NCBI GenBank assembly: GCA_050250895.1
Contig: JBFWNU010000006.1
Coordinates: 247,513 to 311,512, forward strand
Source: Vulcanimicrobiota bacterium
GTDB lineage: Bacteria; Vulcanimicrobiota; Xenobia; Xenobiales; JADMJV01
Direction of reading: 5' to 3'
DNA: 64,000 nucleotides
Shown: piece after piece, positions 56,205 to 64,000 of the stretch
How positions within the stretch are numbered: the first letter of the stretch is position 1
Layout: each line of letters starts with the position of its first letter
Made by a program: the position numbers and the translations under genes
Notes under the pieces: generated by a model
Seen by the model: only the letters and a program-made list of their open reading frames with translations
Told to the model about the DNA's origin: nothing
The model's database searches: none

Positions 56205-57533
56205 TTACGAGGGAGACGAATCTTTCTGGTAGTGGAGCAATTGCAACTGGGTTTGCTCGGCATCCAGGCGCAGTCTCACCGCCCCCTCGGGACAGAAGCC
56301 TGAAGCCTTCAGGCTCAACCGATAGGTGCCGGCGCGGGGGGCCTGAAAACTGAGAGTGCCCGACAGCGGCAACACCACCTTGCGAGGGGTCAGGTTCTTC
56401 TGGAAGTGGCGTTCTACGCCGCTCTGTCCGTCGCTGATGGCCAGGCGCATCTGGCACTCGGCCGTGACCGCGCCGTCGGTCTCGGGTCGCGCGAACTGAA
56501 CGTTGCCGCGCAGTCGCACCAACTCGCCCGCGGCCAGAAAGAGATCGCGCCCAACCAGTTCTTGGAGGGGCTGATTAGAAGCGATGGCCGGACAGTCGAT
56601 GGCCACCGCGGTGGCCCACGAACTCAAAGCGTAGCTCGGTTGCTGCCCGAAGACCAGCAGGTCGAAGTAGTTCGAGCCGGGATAAAGCGCAAAGCCATGT
56701 CCGAACCCTCCATAGACTCGAAACTCCAGGTTTTGGGGACCGGCCTGGGGCTCGACCACGGCCTCGAACTGCAAAGGGGCGAACAGGTTGCCCTCGAGCA
56801 CATTCTCGCCGCCGTAGGGCGAGATGGCTGCAGCTTGATTGGTGAGGACTCCTGCCAGCATCTCCATGCCGTTTCGGGCCACGCCCAAAGCCTGGCCACT
56901 GACGCGCCATAACTCGTCTGGTCCGGCCCGGGCCCCCAGGGTGCTGATGGCCTCTTGCTGGTAGGGGGTCTGTCCATAGACCCGTTCGAGCGGAGGCGGG
57001 CCCTGGAGGTACCGCTGCAGCCAGTAGGCGTTTCGGGCGTCGTCTCGACTGGTGTACAGGTGGTAGTGTTCGACCAGCAGGTTGCCGTAGGAGAGGTTGT
57101 CGGCGTGGTCGATCGTGACGGGAAAGTCCCCCCCGCTGTGAAAGGCCGAGCCCTCCGAGCTGACCTCGTAGGTGCCGTCTTTGGGTACTTTGAACAGACC
57201 CATGGCCCGCATGGGCAGGTGATGGCTGCCGGGTTGCTCGTTGACCTGGATGACGCGCGTGCCCACCGGCTTGCCGTTGACGGTCAGGCGGAACTGCTGG
57301 CCTACCTGTTCGGCGCTATCGATGGTGAACTGGACCTGCGAGTCGATCACCAGGAGGTCGCCCTGGCGGGCTTCGACGGACATGAGATAGACCCGCTGCC
57401 AGCCGCTGTTGGCAGGCAGCACCGAAGCCCTCAGCTGCTGGGTCTGATGGATCGTCTTGAGGGCTCTGACCGGCTGGGCCTGGACGGCCGAGGGAAGCAA
57501 CATGAATAGAGTGAGGAACCAGGCCAGACGCAT
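56205..57533 (-). CDS. Exported hypothetical protein, probably three repeated beta-sandwich domains
   Basis: Signal peptide MRLAWFLTLFMLLPSAVQA; recurring 'GDL/GEL..(D/G)QVQF' and 'G.Y....GS.F' segments. Confidence 0.7.
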   Translation of the reverse strand: MRLAWFLTLFMLLPSAVQAQPVRALKTIHQTQQLRASVLPANSGWQRVYLMSVEARQGDLLVIDSQVQFTIDSAEQVGQQFRLTVNGKPVGTRVIQVNEQPGSHHLPMRAMGLFKVPKDGTYEVSSEGSAFHSGGDFPVTIDHADNLSYGNLLVEHYHLYTSRDDARNAYWLQRYLQGPPPLERVYGQTPYQQEAISTLGARAGPDELWRVSGQALGVARNGMEMLAGVLTNQAAAISPYGGENVLEGNLFAPLQFEAVVEPQAGPQNLEFRVYGGFGHGFALYPGSNYFDLLVFGQQPSYALSSWATAVAIDCPAIASNQPLQELVGRDLFLAAGELVRLRGNVQFARPETDGAVTAECQMRLAISDGQSGVERHFQKNLTPRKVVLPLSGTLSFQAPRAGTYRLSLKASGFCPEGAVRLRLDAEQTQLQLLHYQKDSSPS

Positions 57534-57611
57534 TGAGAAAAATTCTGGCCGGAGTCGAGAGGACCTTCCTGGTTTGAATTTCTGTAACATCGCTGTGTTA
57601 AACTAGCCAAC

Positions 57612-59225
57612 GTGGATTTAGGTCCCCTGCGGTCTAGCTCACTCCCCGCGGCTCATCGCCTGCCGGCCAGGCCGGCTTCAACGCGCCCTGAAGCGGTGGC
57701 CTCACCGACCTCGCTGGATGCGGTCGAGCCCCTGACTTTGCTCGATTCGATCCGGGCTCAACGGGGGCTTTCCAAGCAGGCCGCCATGCGGGTCACCATG
57801 CAGGTTGCCACCAGTCTGGTTCCCGGCCTGCACGGGGCGGTCGTCGGGCTGGTCAGCAAGGCCGACCAGTTGCCGGCTGCTCGACCCGAAGTCGTGCATG
57901 CCCAGGTCGAGTGCGGGGGAGGGGAACACTCCAAACTGACGCTTGAACTGGCTCGGCCGGTCGACTTGCACCAACATTCCCTGGCCCTGACCGGACCCGA
58001 GGGCACCACCGTGCCCACCCTGCTCACCTGGTCTGAGGTGACCACGGCCGAGCCTGCTCCGGTCAAACTGGACGCTACTCAGCCGGTATCACCGAGCCGT
58101 CTCGATTGCCCCCCGCAGGTACTGGCCGAATTGGCAGCGGCTAAACGGGTGTTGGTGGTCGGGCACGTGCCCCCCGACGGCGACTGCGTCGGCAGCGCGG
58201 CCGGAATGGGGCGCCTGTTGGCCAAGCTCGGCAAAGAGGTCGACGTCTGCGTCGATGCGCCCCTGCCGGGTTGGATGCGCAATCAATTGGGGGCAGGCGA
58301 AGTCAAGCGCTATGACCAGCTGGCCGACCAGGATTACGATCTGGTCGTGATGGTCGATGTGGGTCAGGCTGATCGGATCGGCGGGGCGCGCCAGGCGGTC
58401 GAGAAAGCGCCGGCGGTGGTCATCGTCGACCATCACCAGGTCGACCCCACCAGCCAGGACCTGGGAATGGTCCAGGGGGCCAGACTGGCCAAGTGGATCA
58501 ATCCCCAGGATGCGGCCGCGGTGCTGGTGGCTGGTGTGGCCGAAAGGATGGGCGGCGACCTGGGGCGTCAGGACTGGCAAGAGGTCATCAACCCGCTTTT
58601 GACCGGAGTGCTCACCGATACCCGCGAATTCACCAACCCCGGCCTTCGACCCGAGACCCTGGGCTATTTCAAGCATATGCTCGAGGTCCGAGGCGATGGC
58701 GAGCTGGAGTCGGCCCGGGCCAGGCTCGTGGCCGACCCTTCGGCCTCAATGGCCGGAGTGCTCGTAGCCCCCGCCGTGATGGCCGACGAGATGCTGGCTC
58801 CCGAGGCCGCGCCGCTGCGCGAACGCCTGGCCGAGATGGGCTCCCAGGGCTATCGTGAAGAACTCGGACCTCGGCTTTCGCTCTTGATGGTTCCCGATCA
58901 GGCGATGGCTCTGGCCGAGGATTCTGGTCGCCTCACCGATGCTCGGGTCAATCGCATCGATCTCAATGATGTGCTCTATTCCCGGCTGGACTCGGTGGCC
59001 AAAGAGTCGGACCTGGCGGTGATGTTGCTCGAACAGCCTCAAGGAATCATGCTCTCGATCCGTTCGCGCGCTCCCGATGGGGCTCGCAATCTGGCTGCCC
59101 ATTTCGGTGGGGGGGGCAAATCGCACATGGGCGGCGCGCTGGTGGCCGACACCCTCGATAACGTAGCCGAGCGTTTGCGCCAGTTGGGGCAACATCCGGC
59201 CAATTCGTCCCCGGACAGGCCCTAG
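57612..59225 (+). CDS. DHH/DHHA1 phosphoesterase (NrnA-like) with long N-terminal extension
   Basis: GHVPPDGDC.GS, VD, VDHH, TDT..F, S.RS, FGGGG. Confidence 0.85.
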   Translation: MDLGPLRSSSLPAAHRLPARPASTRPEAVASPTSLDAVEPLTLLDSIRAQRGLSKQAAMRVTMQVATSLVPGLHGAVVGLVSKADQLPAARPEVVHAQVECGGGEHSKLTLELARPVDLHQHSLALTGPEGTTVPTLLTWSEVTTAEPAPVKLDATQPVSPSRLDCPPQVLAELAAAKRVLVVGHVPPDGDCVGSAAGMGRLLAKLGKEVDVCVDAPLPGWMRNQLGAGEVKRYDQLADQDYDLVVMVDVGQADRIGGARQAVEKAPAVVIVDHHQVDPTSQDLGMVQGARLAKWINPQDAAAVLVAGVAERMGGDLGRQDWQEVINPLLTGVLTDTREFTNPGLRPETLGYFKHMLEVRGDGELESARARLVADPSASMAGVLVAPAVMADEMLAPEAAPLRERLAEMGSQGYREELGPRLSLLMVPDQAMALAEDSGRLTDARVNRIDLNDVLYSRLDSVAKESDLAVMLLEQPQGIMLSIRSRAPDGARNLAAHFGGGGKSHMGGALVADTLDNVAERLRQLGQHPANSSPDRP

Positions 59226-59974
59226 TTGGACGCAGGGGGTGCAGGTGCCCACACCTTCCACGGACCGGGTTTGCCCGGCTCCAGCATCGTCCTTTCCAGA
59301 CCCGAACCGACGGGCAGGTCCATGACGGCGGTCAGGGTCGGATCGTAGGCCACCAGCACTCCTAACGGCATGTCGACGACCTTGGACTCGTCAACCTCTT
59401 GCCCCGCGCTGGCGTACATTTCCCAGAAATCGGATTTCCAGCGGACCAGCTTACGGATGAGTTCTCCCTTCAACGCGTCCAGGTGGGTCATCACCGGACA
59501 GCCCGCCTCGACCGAGTAGGGCCAGTCCTCGTGGAAGAATCTCCAGGTCGGTTCGACGCAAAAGGGGACGGCCAGGTTGGGAATGTCGATCGTGGTGTGC
59601 TCGGCGTCCGGCACCAGTTGCCAGGCCGGCACGCGCTTGTCCCAGTAGTCATGGGCCCCCAACAGTAGTCGTTCGCTCCAGGAGGGGTCAGCCCGTCGCA
59701 ACTGCCACCGCCCGCAGTCCGGGAACTCGAACTTGAAATCTTCGGGTTTTAGAAGGGATTCCAGGTGGCGGGCGGCCTGGTCGATCAGATGGCCCACCGC
59801 CCCGGGCGGCAAGCCCAGCCCCCCGGCTAGCACCAATTCGGCCCCGTGCTTTGGATAGAGCCCGATAGTGTAGTAGAAGGGCGGAGCGGCCCCGCCCCCT
59901 ACGGCGTAGATATGACGGCCGCTGCGTTCGATGTTGGATCGAATCTGGGCCAGTAGTTGACGGCGAAAGTCCAT
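59222..59974 (-). CDS. DUF4262-like protein
   Basis: 'PPFYYTIGL....ELVL.G', 'WQLVPD'. Confidence 0.6.
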   Translation of the reverse strand: MDFRRQLLAQIRSNIERSGRHIYAVGGGAAPPFYYTIGLYPKHGAELVLAGGLGLPPGAVGHLIDQAARHLESLLKPEDFKFEFPDCGRWQLRRADPSWSERLLLGAHDYWDKRVPAWQLVPDAEHTTIDIPNLAVPFCVEPTWRFFHEDWPYSVEAGCPVMTHLDALKGELIRKLVRWKSDFWEMYASAGQEVDESKVVDMPLGVLVAYDPTLTAVMDLPVGSGLERTMLEPGKPGPWKVWAPAPPASN

Positions 59975-59976
59975 GG

Positions 59977-60651
59977 CTAAATCCTGGCTGCTCCTAACTC
60001 TTGTCCTTCGGGGCTGACCACGTGGATCTCCTTGGGCGTGACTTTGACCGGCACGTTGAAGTAGAGGCGGTCGGCGCTGGCGCTGCTCTTGGGAGAGACG
60101 CCGATGTCGAAGTTGCCCTCACAATTGTAGCGTGTCCCCCGGGTGTCGGTGACGAAGAAGTCTTTGGCGTTGAGCCGCAGTGGCTTCTCGGAGTTGTTGC
60201 GGATCGAGACGGTCAGGCGCAGCGTCTCGTATTCGGGGATGGGCGAGGTGACCTTCTCGCGTTTGCTGATGCTGACACTCACCGAGGCCGCGCCCACCGC
60301 GCCCGATTTGCTCCAGAAGTCGACCACCAGGCCTTGCTGCGACTCTTTGAGGTCATAGCCGAAAGTCGAAGCGATGGCCTGGGCGCTCACATAGGTCTTG
60401 CCGTCGTAGCGATTGAAGTCGGTGAACGGCTTGCCATCGATGAAGAGGGAGTTCCCCGTGCTACGGTCGACGATCTGCCAACCCATGTTGGTGCCGAGTC
60501 CGCTCACCTCGAGATAAGTTTTTTTGTTGGGGAAGATGGAATCGACTTGAAAGGTCTTCTGGCCGTTGATGCTGACCGAGCACTTGACCAGTTTCTCGGC
60601 GGCCGTGGCGGCGATGGTTAGGAGGATGAGGCATAGAGCAATCTGGCGCAT
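59977..60651 (-). CDS. Exported protein with C-terminal DUF4352-like Ig domain
   Basis: Signal peptide; 'V.IRNNS.KP......DF...D..G..Y', 'L.F.VP'. Confidence 0.6.
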   Translation of the reverse strand: MRQIALCLILLTIAATAAEKLVKCSVSINGQKTFQVDSIFPNKKTYLEVSGLGTNMGWQIVDRSTGNSLFIDGKPFTDFNRYDGKTYVSAQAIASTFGYDLKESQQGLVVDFWSKSGAVGAASVSVSISKREKVTSPIPEYETLRLTVSIRNNSEKPLRLNAKDFFVTDTRGTRYNCEGNFDIGVSPKSSASADRLYFNVPVKVTPKEIHVVSPEGQELGAARI

Positions 60652-60698
60652 GGCTCACGCCTGCGCCTTGGACCGTCCGGAATCCTGCCGAACATGGC

Positions 60699-62330
60699 TT
60701 AGAGCCTGCGCTTGGCCACCTGGTGAGCAAGCCGCATCGGCACTGCCAGGGCCATGAGGATCAGGACCAGGCTATAGGGAAAGGCCGAAGAGAGCGCCGC
60801 CGCCTGGATCGGCTCGATACTGCCCTGGCTGACCAGAATGCCGGTGACGGTGGCGAGCAGGGCGCCCCACATCACCTTGGTGCTCAGGCGAGGCTCGAGA
60901 TCGCCTTCGGTGGTCATCATGGCGATGACGAAGGTGGCCGAGTCGGCCGAAGTGACCAGGAACGTAAACAGCAGACACAAGGATAGAGTCGAGGTCACCC
61001 CTGCCAGGGGCAAATGACCGAGCAACGCGAACAGCCCCACCGCCGGGTCGCCGTTGGGACCGCTCACCAGTTGACCGATGCCCTGGGTGGTGTTCATTTC
61101 ATACCACAGGCCCGTTCCACCGAAGACCGAGAACCAGGCCACCGTGAACAGAGTGGGCACCGCCAGCGAACCGAGAATCAGCTCTTTGATGGTCCGTCCG
61201 CGGGAGATACGCGCAATGAAAATGCCCACGAAGGGAGCCCAGGCGATCCACCAGGTAAAGTAAGTCAAGGTCCAATCGGCCATCCAATGTTCGTACTTCG
61301 GGGTGAAGGGCGCCACTCGAAAGCCCAGGGTGGGAAGGGCCGACAGATACTGTCCCAAAGAGTCGACGAATAGTTTGAGGATAAAGAGAGTGGGCCCGCA
61401 GAGAAAGACGAAAACCATCAGGGCCACGCACATGCCCATATTGACGTTGGAAAGAATCTGGATTCCCTTCTTGAGGCCGGTGGTGGCCGAGGCGATAAAA
61501 GCGATGGTCACCAGCACCAGAATGAGGGTGTAACCCATTCCGCTTTTGGCCGCCGTCCAGCCGTAGGCGTGGGCAAATCCGGCCGCCAACTGAAACGTGC
61601 CCATGCCGACCGAGGCGGCCACCCCGAAAATGATGGCCAGAGTGGCGGTCAGGTCGGCCACGAGCTTCAAGGCCTTATTGAGGGTGGGCGAGGCGAACAG
61701 GTCGACCACCGCCGAGGAGACCAGGTATTTCTTGCGCTTGCGAAAGCCGTAATAGGCGACGGCTACGGCGCAGAGTGTGTAGACCCCCCAGCCGTGCAGG
61801 CCCCAGTGAAAGAGGGTGATGCCCATGGCCTGGCGAGCCGCTTCGACCGTGGCCGGATTGCCTACCGGCGGGTGTAGAAAGTGGATGACCGGTTCGGCCC
61901 CGCCCCAAAACAGCAGGCCGACTCCCATGCCGGCCGAGAATAGCATGGAATACCAGGAGAGATCCGAGAATTCGGGTTCGTCCTCAGGGTCGCCCAGCAC
62001 CACATCGCCAAACCGCGAGAAGGCGAGATACATGAGATAGATGAGCGAGCCGGTGGCCAGCAGGATGAAGAACCAGCTCAAATTGCGGGTCACGAAGCTC
62101 TTGGCCTGGTCGGCGATGGTGAGCAAGCTGTCGCCCTGGATGACCGCCCAGATGGTAAAGAGAATGGTGAAGCCGACCGAGAGGAACATATTGGTGCTCA
62201 TCCGGTTGTGCTCTTCCGAACGGATGTCCTCGAGTTCGCGATCCTCGTCATGCACGAGTCGTTCCAGGACTTTGTCGCGGAAGTCGTTTTGTTTATTGGC
62301 TTTCTTGGTGCTTTTAGGGTCGGATGTCAA
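60699..62330 (-). CDS. BCCT family (betaine/choline/carnitine) transporter
   Basis: SWYSMLFSAGMGVGLLFWG..EP, FHWGLHGW, WWIAWAPFVGIFIARISRGRTIKE; start uncertain (TTG 62330 or ATG 62201). Confidence 0.92.
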   Translation of the reverse strand: MTSDPKSTKKANKQNDFRDKVLERLVHDEDRELEDIRSEEHNRMSTNMFLSVGFTILFTIWAVIQGDSLLTIADQAKSFVTRNLSWFFILLATGSLIYLMYLAFSRFGDVVLGDPEDEPEFSDLSWYSMLFSAGMGVGLLFWGGAEPVIHFLHPPVGNPATVEAARQAMGITLFHWGLHGWGVYTLCAVAVAYYGFRKRKKYLVSSAVVDLFASPTLNKALKLVADLTATLAIIFGVAASVGMGTFQLAAGFAHAYGWTAAKSGMGYTLILVLVTIAFIASATTGLKKGIQILSNVNMGMCVALMVFVFLCGPTLFILKLFVDSLGQYLSALPTLGFRVAPFTPKYEHWMADWTLTYFTWWIAWAPFVGIFIARISRGRTIKELILGSLAVPTLFTVAWFSVFGGTGLWYEMNTTQGIGQLVSGPNGDPAVGLFALLGHLPLAGVTSTLSLCLLFTFLVTSADSATFVIAMMTTEGDLEPRLSTKVMWGALLATVTGILVSQGSIEPIQAAALSSAFPYSLVLILMALAVPMRLAHQVAKRRL

Positions 62331-62498
62331 AGAAATAGCAGAATGGGCCTCTCTAAAGGGGATGGAACGTTCTTCCGCAACGGGATCGATTTTCCTTGGA
62401 TGTTTTAAAAAAAGGTCTGAGGGAAGGAGGAATTTGGCAGGGGGGCATAGGATTACGGCGATTCGGCCGCCACTGGCATGCCGGCGGCCCGGAGGTAG

Positions 62499-64000
<1,502 letters not shown>

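Overview
GC-rich (about 65% by eye), gene-dense chromosomal window with no rRNA, tRNA, CRISPR array or transposase. It has a diderm envelope (TolC/MacAB) but a Firmicutes-like dap gene order and a Terrabacteria-type RpoC, consistent with Eremiobacterota/Vulcanimicrobiota (inference). Housekeeping genes include an M42 peptidase, recN, an M16 peptidase, dapB-asd-dapG, dapA-aroA-aroE, aroK, an RluA, a U32/RlhA-like enzyme, a BCCT transporter and a partial rpoC that lacks an upstream rpoB. Signalling genes include an HD-GYP/TPR/BTAD fusion, a Ser/Thr kinase-TPR-WD40, PilZ, GGDEF and FHA proteins. There is also a MoxR-AAA/metallopeptidase-vWA module and several lineage-specific proteins with disordered export-like N-termini. 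The top finding is a ~445-nt, highly structured intergenic element (47104-47547, minus strand). It carries, in the correct order, the motifs I recall from the OLE RNA consensus, but it appears to lack the 3' P12-P15 domain and has no oapA next to it, so it may be a minimal OLE-like ncRNA outside Bacillota. This rests on memory of the consensus and needs a cmsearch test.
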